The notes beneath the pieces are model-generated. The model ran no database searches. It had not been told where the DNA came from and worked only from the letters and a program-made list of their open reading frames with translations. From Trichlorobacter lovleyi SZ (GTDB taxonomy: Bacteria; Desulfobacterota; Desulfuromonadia; Geobacterales; Pseudopelobacteraceae): 32,000 nucleotides of DNA. Position numbers and translations under genes: made by a program. Shown here piece after piece: positions 8,865 through 16,733 of this stretch. Where the stretch lies: the NCBI RefSeq assembly GCF_000020385.1, contig NC_010814.1:390001-422000 (forward strand). Reading direction: 5' to 3'. Within the stretch, counting starts at the first letter, position 1. Each line of letters starts with the position of its first letter.

Positions 8865-9452
8865 ATGAAGACACCTCTGACTGATAGGAGCAGAGCTGCA
8901 ACGGTGCTGATCTGCTCCCCTGATCCGGTCTTTCAGGGCCACCTGACGCGACTGCTTGAGACGATCGGCGGCTATCGTGTTGCCGTGACTGCCGGCCCTG
9001 CTGCAGCACTGCAATACGCACTGGCGCAGCCGCCGGACCTGCTGATCTGCAGCCATGATCCGCTTCATTGTGATGGTATCGCCTTGGCAGAGACACTGCA
9101 CGGCAAGGTCTGGGTGCCGGTGGTACTGGCAGCGCAGCCCTGGACACAGGAGCTGGTAAAAGCGGCAGTTGCCGCCGGTGTTGCTGCTTTTCTGACCAGT
9201 TTCCCTGCAGAGGCGGAGCTGAGGCATGCGCTGCTTGAGGCCTGTGTCAGGTTGGAGCATGAGGATCGTCTGCGGAGCAAATTACGGGAGTCTGAACAAC
9301 GGCTGGCAGATCGCAAGGTGATAGAAAAGGCAAAAGGTCTCTTGATGGAGCGGGAGCGGATCAGCGAGGATGCCGCCTTTAAGCTGATGCGCAGTCAGTC
9401 CATGACCCGCAGGATCAGTATGGCCAAGCTGGCCGAAGAGCTGCTTACATAA
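8865..9452 (+). CDS. ANTAR-domain RNA-binding antiterminator with a degenerate (pseudo-)receiver domain
   Basis: C-terminal ADRKVIEKAKGLLMERERISEDAAFKLMRSQSMTRRISMAKLAEELL is a canonical ANTAR domain. The N-terminal CheY-like fold lacks the acidic pocket and the phospho-acceptor Asp (see findings). Confidence 0.8.
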   Translation: MKTPLTDRSRAATVLICSPDPVFQGHLTRLLETIGGYRVAVTAGPAAALQYALAQPPDLLICSHDPLHCDGIALAETLHGKVWVPVVLAAQPWTQELVKAAVAAGVAAFLTSFPAEAELRHALLEACVRLEHEDRLRSKLRESEQRLADRKVIEKAKGLLMERERISEDAAFKLMRSQSMTRRISMAKLAEELLT

Positions 9453-10350
9453 AGCGTCCCGCCGGGCTTGCCAGAATCAGCCGGTCGGCATGTTCTTCCA
9501 GCTCACGCAGCAGCTTGACGTCCATCTTCTTCAGCCAGCGTCTGGGGATCGACTCCATGCCGTAGTAGGCACCGGCCAGCATGCCGCAGATAGCGCCGGT
9601 GGTGTCTGCGTCAGCGCCCTGATTAACGGTGCCCACCAGACAGTCTTCAAAATCCTTCCCCTTGAAAAACCAGTGAAAAACGGTCTGCATCGTATCTACC
9701 ACATAGCCGGTGGCCAGGCCGCGGTACGGTTCAAAACAGAACGTGGGGAAACGGATTACAAAGCCGTCAACCTCGCGGCGCAGACTGCTTTTCGAGGCCC
9801 CCTGCAGGATCTGGTGCAGCAGGGTGCCCAGGCAGATGCAGGCGGCATCGGACAGGGCCTGGTGATGGGTCAGCCGGGCCTGTTCCAGGGCGTACTTTTT
9901 CATCAATTCAGTATCGGGTAGCGACAGCAGGGCGGCCGGCAGCATCCGCATGGCAGCGCCGTTGCCGCCATCCCACTGATTATATGGTACCTCAAGGGTG
10001 CCGTGCAGCATAAAGGCCCGGATACCCTTGCGGCAGGTGTCACCACAGTCAACGGGCCGTGATTTGAGCCAGGCGGCAAATTGCTGGGCAATCGCCTCCC
10101 GTGACCAGCCCTGGTTTTTTGCAACTGCCCTGGCAATGCAGAGCGCCATTTCCGTGTCGTCGGTGATCTGGCCCGGTTTCAGGCGCAGCCAGCCACCGCC
10201 GGTAACCTCTTTGAAGACACCGTACTTGGCAGCAATCTCCGCGGTGGTCATGAACTCAACGGTTGCCCCCAGTGCATCGCCAATCGCCATGCCGACAAAG
10301 GCTGCCCGGGCACGTTCTTTCAATTCAGATGGGTCAATGTTCAGGATCAT
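9445..10350 (-). CDS. draG: ADP-ribosyl-[dinitrogen reductase] glycohydrolase-like ADP-ribosylglycohydrolase
   Basis: GDALGATVEFMT, GGGWLRLKPGQITDDTEM, WLKSRPVDCGDTCRKGIR, GNGAAMR, FEPYRG, YVVDTMQTV and TVNQGADADTTGA blocks match DraG as I remember it. It lies in nif-gene context. Confidence 0.75.
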   Translation of the reverse strand: MILNIDPSELKERARAAFVGMAIGDALGATVEFMTTAEIAAKYGVFKEVTGGGWLRLKPGQITDDTEMALCIARAVAKNQGWSREAIAQQFAAWLKSRPVDCGDTCRKGIRAFMLHGTLEVPYNQWDGGNGAAMRMLPAALLSLPDTELMKKYALEQARLTHHQALSDAACICLGTLLHQILQGASKSSLRREVDGFVIRFPTFCFEPYRGLATGYVVDTMQTVFHWFFKGKDFEDCLVGTVNQGADADTTGAICGMLAGAYYGMESIPRRWLKKMDVKLLRELEEHADRLILASPAGRFM

Positions 10351-10379
10351 GAAAAATCTATAAGCAAGGAGTGTTCCCG

Positions 10380-10820
10380 ATGCGTGAGATGCAGGTTGAT
10401 ATCTGGTCGTATCAAGGGCAGGCCGTCATTGCTATTACCACCAATGGCTCGCTAACCCGTGACGGCAGGGCCATCATGGGCAAGGGGGTTGCCAAACAGG
10501 CTGCGGAACGCTTTCCTGAACTCCGCCATCAATTGGGCCGGTTGCTGCAGGTACGCGGCAACCATGTCCATGAGATCATGCCCGGCCTGGTCAGCTTTCC
10601 GGTCGAGGAAACCCCGTATTCACTGCCTGAACTGCGTTTGATCAGGCGTTCTGCAGAGGAATTGCGCCTGTTGGCTGATCAGTGCGGCTGGACACAGGTG
10701 CTTGTTCCACGGCCCGGCTGTGGCGGCGGCGGAATGCGCTGGCAGGAGGTACAGCCGGTGCTGGAAGAGTTTTTTGATGATCGTTTCATCGTTGTGTCTG
10801 CACCAGAACATGAAAATTGA
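10380..10820 (+). CDS. Macro-domain-like (ADP-ribose binding/processing) small protein, tentative
   Basis: ATG 10380 lies 8 nt after AAGGAG. The pattern IAITTNG...GRAIMGKGVAKQAAERFPEL...VSFPVEE...LVPRPGCGGGGMRW resembles stand-alone macro-like proteins. Assignment is by motif recollection only. Confidence 0.4.
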   Translation: MREMQVDIWSYQGQAVIAITTNGSLTRDGRAIMGKGVAKQAAERFPELRHQLGRLLQVRGNHVHEIMPGLVSFPVEETPYSLPELRLIRRSAEELRLLADQCGWTQVLVPRPGCGGGGMRWQEVQPVLEEFFDDRFIVVSAPEHEN

Positions 10821-10886
10821 TTAAAAAAACGGCATGGCTGGGATGCTGCAATTGATAACATCTCAATATTACATCAAAAACAAAAC

Positions 10887-10901
10887 TGGCACGCTCTATG
10901 C
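10887..10901 (+). promoter_or_regulatory. Sigma-54 promoter (TGGCAC-N5-ATGC) upstream of nifB
   Basis: tggcacgctctatgc has a perfect -24 TGGCAC and GG-N10-GC spacing. It is intergenic, correctly oriented and about 85 nt before the nifB ATG. Confidence 0.5.
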
Positions 10902-10923
10902 CTAACAATAACCATCTATGGGC

Positions 10924-10967
10924 AACGGCGCCTGCGGGACTGATCTCCTGCGGCGCCGTTTCTGTTT
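10924..10967 (+). terminator. Intrinsic-terminator-like hairpin inside the nifB 5' leader
   Basis: aacggcgcc...ggcgccgtt forms a 9-bp perfect outer stem plus an inner gcggga/tcctgc stem with a 6-nt loop. It is followed by tctgttt, then the RBS AGGAG (10971-10975) and ATG 10984. Confidence 0.5.
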
Positions 10968-10983
10968 GAAAGGAGCGTACACC

Positions 10984-11805
10984 ATGGCAACATCCTGTGA
11001 GCAGATGAAGAAAATTCAGGGACATCCCTGTTTTGAAGGTAACCATCACAAGACCGGCCGGATGCATCTGGCTGTGGCCCCGGCCTGTAATATCAAATGC
11101 GGCTACTGCACCCGCAAGCATGACTGCGCCAATGAATCCCGGCCCGGTGTTGCCAGCCGTCTGATGACCCCGTCCGAGGCGCTGGACAAGGTGCGGGAAG
11201 TAATGGCCTCGCCGATCCTGGGGCCGACCATGCGGGTGGTGGGGATTGCCGGACCGGGCGATCCGCTGGCCAATCAACAGACCTTTGAGACTTTCAAGCT
11301 GGTCGGGGAGGCCTTTCCGGACCTGATCAAGTGTATGAGCACCAACGGCCTGCTGCTGCCTGAGTCGCTTGAGCGGCTGCATGCCCTGGGGCTGCACAGC
11401 CTGACCGTCACCATCAACGCGACCAACGCTGAAACTGCAGCGCAGATCTACCGCCACATCTACTACCACGGCAAACGCTACAGCGGCAGGGATGCCGCCG
11501 AGATCCTGCTGGCCAGTCAGTATGAAGGGGTACAGCGAGCCGTTGAGCTGGGGATGGTGGTCAAGGTTAACACCGTGCTGATCCCCGGTATCAACGAGGC
11601 CGAAGTCCCGTTGATAGCAGAGCGGATTAAAGGGCTGGGGGCCTTTGTGATGAACGTGATGCCGCTGATTCCCCAGGCGGATCTGGCGCATATTCCGGCC
11701 CCCAGTGCAGAGCAGCTGGCAGAGGTACGTAACAACAACGAGCGGATCATCAGCCAGATGCGGCATTGCAAGCAGTGCCGGGCCGACGCAATCGGGCTGT
11801 TATAG
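10984..11805 (+). CDS. nifB: Radical SAM FeMo-cofactor biosynthesis protein NifB (stand-alone SAM domain, no NifX-like extension)
   Basis: HPCF...RMHLAVAPACNIKCGYCTRK (CxxxCxxC), ESRPGV, GIAGPGDPLAN and C-terminal MRHCKQCRADAIGLL are all NifB hallmarks. AGGAG lies 8 nt upstream of the ATG. Confidence 0.8.
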   Translation: MATSCEQMKKIQGHPCFEGNHHKTGRMHLAVAPACNIKCGYCTRKHDCANESRPGVASRLMTPSEALDKVREVMASPILGPTMRVVGIAGPGDPLANQQTFETFKLVGEAFPDLIKCMSTNGLLLPESLERLHALGLHSLTVTINATNAETAAQIYRHIYYHGKRYSGRDAAEILLASQYEGVQRAVELGMVVKVNTVLIPGINEAEVPLIAERIKGLGAFVMNVMPLIPQADLAHIPAPSAEQLAEVRNNNERIISQMRHCKQCRADAIGLL

Positions 11806-11857
11806 GACAGTATCAGCGGTTTCCTGACAACGGTACGAATGTGAGAAAGGTTTAGCC

Positions 11858-12658
11858 ATGCAGATCAGCAACTTCACTCCCAACGATATCCACCCCTTTT
11901 TGTCCATGGCAAAAGATGAAGGGTGGATCAGTACCCGCCGTGAGCTGGCCTTTTTGCTGGAACGTTCTCCGCAAGGGTGCCTGGTCTGTCATGACGGAGA
12001 AAAGCCGGTGGGGTTTGTCACTGCAGTCCGGCATGGCAAATCAGGCTGGATCGGGAACCTGCTGGTTGCAGCCGGTGAGCGTGGGCGTGGGATCGGCACG
12101 GCACTGTTCAAGCAGGCCATGCAGGTTCTGCAGCGCGCAGATGTACTGACGCTCTGGCTGACTGCATCCAGTGCCGGGCGGCCGATCTATGAACGCAATG
12201 GTTTCACGGTCTGTGACCGGATCCGGCGTTGGGAAGGGCTGGGTGGTGAACCTGAGCCTGCAGCAGCGGTAAAGAAGATGCATTCGGGCTGGGAAGAGAT
12301 TGATTTTCTGGGATGGGGGGATGACCGGACAGCCCTGCTGGCACATGCTGCCGATGGTGGTTCGGTACGCGGCAGCGAGGGCGGGTTTCTGGTTGTGCAG
12401 AGCCTTGGCAACCACCGCCAGATCGGTCCCTATGGCGCCTTGAACCTTCCAACGGCCGAGGCGCTGATGGACGGTATCCAGCAGCAGGGAGGGGCCACCA
12501 TGCTGGATGTACCGGCAGCAAACCGCGCCGCCTCAAAGCTGTTGACCAGCAGGGGCTTCACAGTCTGCAGCGAGGTGGATCTGATGTATGCGGGGCAGCC
12601 ACCGGCTTATCACCCGGAGTATATCTTCGGGCTGGCCAGTATGGGGAGTATGGGTTAA
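11858..12658 (+). CDS. Two-domain GNAT family N-acetyltransferase
   Basis: It has the acetyl-CoA motif LLVAAGERGRGIGTALF. At about 266 aa, its C-terminal half resembles the second GNAT-like domain of YitH-type proteins. Confidence 0.65.
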   Translation: MQISNFTPNDIHPFLSMAKDEGWISTRRELAFLLERSPQGCLVCHDGEKPVGFVTAVRHGKSGWIGNLLVAAGERGRGIGTALFKQAMQVLQRADVLTLWLTASSAGRPIYERNGFTVCDRIRRWEGLGGEPEPAAAVKKMHSGWEEIDFLGWGDDRTALLAHAADGGSVRGSEGGFLVVQSLGNHRQIGPYGALNLPTAEALMDGIQQQGGATMLDVPAANRAASKLLTSRGFTVCSEVDLMYAGQPPAYHPEYIFGLASMGSMG

Positions 12659-12674
12659 GCAAAGGAGCCTGACC

Positions 12675-13817
12675 ATGAAAACTTCAGAAATTATCATCGA
12701 TGATACCACCCTGCGGGATGGTGAGCAGACCGCCGGTGTGGTCTTTTCCCGCCGGGAAAAACTGGCCATTGCCCGGTTGCTGGACCTGATCGGTGTGCAG
12801 GAGATCGAGTGCGGCATTCCGGCCATGGGAGCGGATGAGCAGGACAGCATCCGCGCCCTGGTGGAAATGGAGCTGTCTGCCCGCCTGATCACCTGGAACC
12901 GGGCCCTGATCCCTGAGATTCAGGCCAGTATTGACTGCGGTATCAAGGCGGTGGATATCTCGCTCTCGGTATCGGATCAGATGATCAGCCGCAAGCTGAA
13001 AAAAGACCGCACTGCAGTCAAAGAACAGCTGAAAACAGCCCTGGGCTTTGCCAGACAGCATGATCTGTATGTGTCGGTTGGTGGTGAAGATGCCAGCCGG
13101 GCTGATCTGGGCTTTCTGGTGGAACTGCTGCAGATCACCCGCGAACTGGGGGGGGACCGCTTCCGCTTCTGCGATACCCTGGGCATCATGGACCCCTTCA
13201 GCATGTACGACAAGGTGGCCTGGCTGCGGGCCGCCGTGCCTGAAGTGGAGATTGAGGTCCACACCCACAATGATCTGGGCATGGCCACGGCCAATGCCAT
13301 TGCCGGCATCAGGGCCGGTGCCCGTTTTGTGAATACCACCGTCAACGGCCTGGGTGAACGGGCCGGTAATGCCGCCCTGGAAGAGGTGGTGATGGGCTTG
13401 AAACATGCCTGCGGCATTGAAACCGGCATAGATACCCATCGTTTCCGTGAACTGTCACTGATGGTGGCCAAGGCCTCCCGGCGGGAGCTGCCTTCCTGGA
13501 AGGCGGTGGTGGGTGAGCGGGTCTTTGCCCATGAATCCGGGCTGCATGCCGATGGCGTACTGAAAGATCCCCACAACTACGAAGGGTTTGATCCGGCTGA
13601 AGTGGGGCTGGTGCGTCAGATTGTGGTGGGCAAACATTCCGGTGCCAGCGGCCTGATCGATCGCTACCGCAGCCTGGGGATTGTACTCTCCCGGGATGAT
13701 GCCGGTCTGTTGCTGCCGGTGGTACGGCTGGAGGCGTTGCGCCGCAAGCGTGACCTGAAAGACCGGGAACTGGTGAATATCTATCTGAACGGAGCAGAGC
13801 TGCTGAAGGCAGCCTGA
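12675..13817 (+). CDS. nifV: Homocitrate synthase (NifV)
   Basis: IIDDTTLRDGEQTAGVVF, HTHNDLGMATANAIAG and VNGLGERAGNAALEEV are HMGL-like/IPMS-homocitrate synthase motifs. Length is about 380 aa. It lies next to nifB, with AGGAG 7 nt upstream. Confidence 0.8.
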   Translation: MKTSEIIIDDTTLRDGEQTAGVVFSRREKLAIARLLDLIGVQEIECGIPAMGADEQDSIRALVEMELSARLITWNRALIPEIQASIDCGIKAVDISLSVSDQMISRKLKKDRTAVKEQLKTALGFARQHDLYVSVGGEDASRADLGFLVELLQITRELGGDRFRFCDTLGIMDPFSMYDKVAWLRAAVPEVEIEVHTHNDLGMATANAIAGIRAGARFVNTTVNGLGERAGNAALEEVVMGLKHACGIETGIDTHRFRELSLMVAKASRRELPSWKAVVGERVFAHESGLHADGVLKDPHNYEGFDPAEVGLVRQIVVGKHSGASGLIDRYRSLGIVLSRDDAGLLLPVVRLEALRRKRDLKDRELVNIYLNGAELLKAA

Positions 13818-13956
13818 TCCCGATCCCATTGCAAGGCGCAATCTTTGTTGGCTCGTCTTCGGCTCCTCAATGTACTGCGTGTACACCTGCGTCGCCGCAT
13901 TCCTTGCCACCTTGATATCATCCTTGAACTGGAATCGGAATAAAGGAGGACTAATT

Positions 13957-14190
13957 ATGTGTACATCAGGAACGACCGTACCGATTGCCGAGGCAGCTGC
14001 TTTGCTGGCCACCACTGAGACACGGGTGCTGATGATGCTGAAGAAAAATGAGCTGCAGGGTAATCAGGTTGATGGTGACTGGTTTGTTGATAAGGCATCG
14101 TTGCAGCTCTGCGGCAAACCGCTCCCGTCGGATATCGTCAAGAAGGGCTGTGGCGGCGGGTGTGGCAGCGGCGGTTGCGGCAGTCATTGA
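13957..14190 (+). CDS. Small helix-turn-helix protein with a C-terminal Cys/Gly-rich tail
   Basis: A strong RBS (AAAGGAGGA) lies 6 nt upstream. TVPIAEAAALLATTETRVLMMLKKNELQG is excisionase/MerR-type HTH-like. The tail is GCGGGCGSGGCGSH. Confidence 0.5.
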   Translation: MCTSGTTVPIAEAAALLATTETRVLMMLKKNELQGNQVDGDWFVDKASLQLCGKPLPSDIVKKGCGGGCGSGGCGSH

Positions 14191-14202
14191 TTCGAAATAT
14201 TG

Positions 14203-14321
14203 CCACAGAGAACACAGCGTTCTCAGAGAAAAGCAAAACCTCAAAATAATTTTGATGTTATCCCTGCAAAACAGGTTTTAGGGTTTTATTTGTCTCTCTG
14301 TGTGCTCTGTGCCCTCTGTGG
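14203..14321. repeat. Structured intergenic element bounded by imperfect inverted repeats (REP/MITE-like)
   Basis: CCACAGAGAACACAG (14203-14217) pairs with CTGTGCCCTCTGTGG (14307-14321) at 13/15. Internal hairpins include GAGAAC-acagc-GTTCTC, CAAAAT-a-ATTTTG and AAAAC-ag-GTTTT. Confidence 0.4.
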
Positions 14322-14345
14322 CTAACAGATTTGAAGGGGTGGCAT

Positions 14346-14636
14346 ATGCTCATCGTCAAGGCATTTGATCTGAAGTTCAAATATCGCAAGTATGTCGAAA
14401 CCCGCGACGAACCGAAATTTTCAGGCCTGCCTGATCCTGCGCCATTCAACCGGGATGATCTGTACGAGGTGCTGCCGATGATGGGGGCGGTGATGGATCA
14501 GCTTGGTACAGCGGACGGCGAGATCCTGAACCGGCTTGAAGATTTTCTCAACACCATGCCGCGTTTCATCACCAGTCGTGAGGAGACCTTCCACTATCTG
14601 GTGGGGTGTGGCAGCCAGTCGATGGAAGGATACTAA
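14346..14636 (+). CDS. Hypothetical protein (nif-neighbourhood, 96 aa)
   Basis: The ORF shows coding-like composition and the ATG is preceded by gaagggg. I recognise no family. Confidence 0.45.
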   Translation: MLIVKAFDLKFKYRKYVETRDEPKFSGLPDPAPFNRDDLYEVLPMMGAVMDQLGTADGEILNRLEDFLNTMPRFITSREETFHYLVGCGSQSMEGY

Positions 14637-14648
14637 CAGGAGGATAGT

Positions 14649-15080
14649 GTGGCCCGTATTACGTTTTATACAAAGATAGGATGCTTAACCTCACAGAAGC
14701 AGCTGGCGCTGTTGCAGGAGGCGGGGCATCAGGTGGTGCTGCAGGATCTGCTGGCCCATCCCTGGACCGCCGAGGAGCTGCGGTCCTACTTTGGTGATCT
14801 GCCGGTGCAGGATTGGTTTAATCCCAATGCCACACGTATCAAGTCGGGCGAGATTGATCCTGAGGCCTATGCGGCTGATGAGGCGCTTGCCGTGATGCTG
14901 CAGGATCACCTCCTGATCCGGCGGCCTCTGATGGAATCCGGCAACAGCAGACGATGCGGATTCGATCCGGCTGTTATCCATGACTGGGTCGGGCTTGCCA
15001 AGCATGGTGATGCCTTTGTGTTCAGGGGCGATCTTTCCAGCTGTTCCAATCCCGGCGCTGTGGCATCTGCCTGCCCTTGA
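14649..15080 (+). CDS. ArsC/Spx-family protein of the nitrogenase-associated type
   Basis: GTG start. It has an N-terminal ITFYTKIGCLTSQKQ thioredoxin-like fold and an LLIRRPL motif typical of the ArsC family. The nif context matches the 'nitrogenase-associated protein' subfamily. Confidence 0.65.
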   Translation: MARITFYTKIGCLTSQKQLALLQEAGHQVVLQDLLAHPWTAEELRSYFGDLPVQDWFNPNATRIKSGEIDPEAYAADEALAVMLQDHLLIRRPLMESGNSRRCGFDPAVIHDWVGLAKHGDAFVFRGDLSSCSNPGAVASACP

Positions 15081-15273
15081 CAGTCGCATACAGGACGTTA
15101 CTGGATGTTTCGAGTAGTGAAGTCTCTCTGGCGGCACCAGGTGTGATTTAAGACACCAATCGTATTTCAGGTGCTTATTGAATATAAGAGGTTTCTGGTC
15201 TACTATGACCTGAATGTCCGGCGACACACGGGTGTCGCTCTACATTCAATCATCAGCAGGGGAGTGTACCTCA

Positions 15274-16401
15274 ATGTCCATGAGATCTTGTATTCCGGCA
15301 GTACTCAGCTTGTTCAGCCTTCTGGTGGCCGGCTGTACGCACACGCTTCCTCCGCATCAGGAGGTGAACCAGGCCTTGCAGAAAACGCTGAATTCCAGCG
15401 GCTATAACTACACCTCCAAAAGCAGCATCACAAACCTGGCAGTGCCGGTCAAGGATCTGAAGACTGCTGCCTCCAAACAGCAGTATCTGGAAAAGAGTCT
15501 GGAGATGGCGCGGGGGCTTTCGATCATTGCTGATGGCGCCATTGACATGAAGAACAAAAAATCCGAGGTGCTGTACAACCTGCACTACGATCAGGACAAT
15601 GTCGAGGTTTCAATCAAGGTACCGCTGCTGTTTGATTATACCACCCAGACCCTGTATGTCGGCACAACCCTTTTTAACACCATCTTTCCGATGGCTCCGG
15701 GCAACAAAGGCAAGCTGATCAGGATTGATCTGAATGACCTGCTGAAACTTACCGGTGAGAAGTCTGACAAACTTAAAAACCTGCTCGGCAAGAAGTACTT
15801 TGATTCGGTTAACGAGGGATTGAAACAAGGGGTTTTAAAGGGCTTTGCCGGTCTGAAGGATGAGCGTTTCAGTGATCAGCCGCTTACGGGTGACGACAAG
15901 GCAGCGGGTCTGGTCAGGCATATCACGGTCAGACTGAATCATGAGGAGTCGGTTACGCTGCTGCTTACCATTGCAGACACCCTTATCCAGCGGCTGTACC
16001 AGGATGGTGTGCTGAGCAAGGAAGAGTACGGTACCCTGATGATCCTGACTGACAAGCAGAAAGTCGACACCTACCTGGCTACCTTCAGTATGGCTGTTAC
16101 CCTTGATATCGGGCTGGCATCAACAGGGCAGATCAGCCGGATTGAAAGCCGCTTCACGGTGGCGGGTAAGGACAACCGCTACCAGGTCGGTGTGGCGAAT
16201 ATCAGCCGGTTCAGCCGCTATGATGACCCGCTTTTTACGATCAGGCCTGAGCTGACCGGTACGGTTGACCATAAAGAGATTCTTGAGTCGATCCTGGCGG
16301 CCAGGGCAGCCCAAAAGGCCGAAGCAGAGGCAAAAAAGGCTAAAGAGCCCAAAGAGGCTGAACCTGAAGCACCCAAGGAAGAAAAGAAGATCGCTGAATA
16401 G
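15274..16401 (+). CDS. Lipoprotein of unknown function with a Lys/Glu/Ala-rich C-terminal tail
   Basis: The signal peptide MSMRSCIPAVLSLFSLLVAGC has an LVAGC lipobox. RBS aggggag lies 9 nt upstream. The tail is AAQKAEAEAKKAKEPKEAEPEAPKEEKK. Confidence 0.6.
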   Translation: MSMRSCIPAVLSLFSLLVAGCTHTLPPHQEVNQALQKTLNSSGYNYTSKSSITNLAVPVKDLKTAASKQQYLEKSLEMARGLSIIADGAIDMKNKKSEVLYNLHYDQDNVEVSIKVPLLFDYTTQTLYVGTTLFNTIFPMAPGNKGKLIRIDLNDLLKLTGEKSDKLKNLLGKKYFDSVNEGLKQGVLKGFAGLKDERFSDQPLTGDDKAAGLVRHITVRLNHEESVTLLLTIADTLIQRLYQDGVLSKEEYGTLMILTDKQKVDTYLATFSMAVTLDIGLASTGQISRIESRFTVAGKDNRYQVGVANISRFSRYDDPLFTIRPELTGTVDHKEILESILAARAAQKAEAEAKKAKEPKEAEPEAPKEEKKIAE

Positions 16402-16416
16402 GCTGCTTGGATTGAA

Positions 16417-16447
16417 GGCTGCTGGCCCCCAAAGGGTCAGCAGCTTT
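16417..16447. terminator. Hairpin between convergent genes (it overlaps the cowN-like stop)
   Basis: ggctgctggccc-ccaaa-gggtcagcagc forms an 11-bp stem with 1 mismatch and is followed by ttt. Confidence 0.45.
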
Positions 16448-16733
16448 CCGCCTCAATCCGGTCCAGCAGTGCCAGGGCCGGCTGGTCATCGTAGGTCTCG
16501 AACAGCTCTCTGATGTTATTGATATAGGCATGGACCAGATACAGCTCATCCTGACTGAAACCGCTGGTTTCATCCGGCTTATTGATCTTCTCCAGTTTGT
16601 CTTTAAACAGCTCCCAAAAGCGATTGGTCCTGGCAGGGTCATCAATATGGCGGCGGAGCAGCGCCACCAGCTTTCGTGCATTTGAGTCGCCATCAATCCC
16701 CACAAATGAAACATAGCGGTCAGGTTTACTCAT
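16437..16733 (-). CDS. cowN: CowN-like N2-fixation sustaining protein (protects nitrogenase from CO), tentative
   Basis: 98 aa. [40 protein letters not shown]...[13 protein letters not shown] fits my recollection of the CowN family pattern (DRYxSF..ID...NA......D....N.FW ... LL..IE.E.C). I could not run a search. Confidence 0.55.
   Translation of the reverse strand: MSKPDRYVSFVGIDGDSNARKLVALLRRHIDDPARTNRFWELFKDKLEKINKPDETSGFSQDELYLVHAYINNIRELFETYDDQPALALLDRIEAESC

Noticed and set aside
13849-13864. A sigma-54-like string, TGGCTC-N5-CGGCT, upstream of the small HTH gene.
   Set aside because: GG-N10-GC spacing is present, but the -12 region (CGGC) departs from TTGC and the -24 box is imperfect. 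It is too weak to report as a feature.
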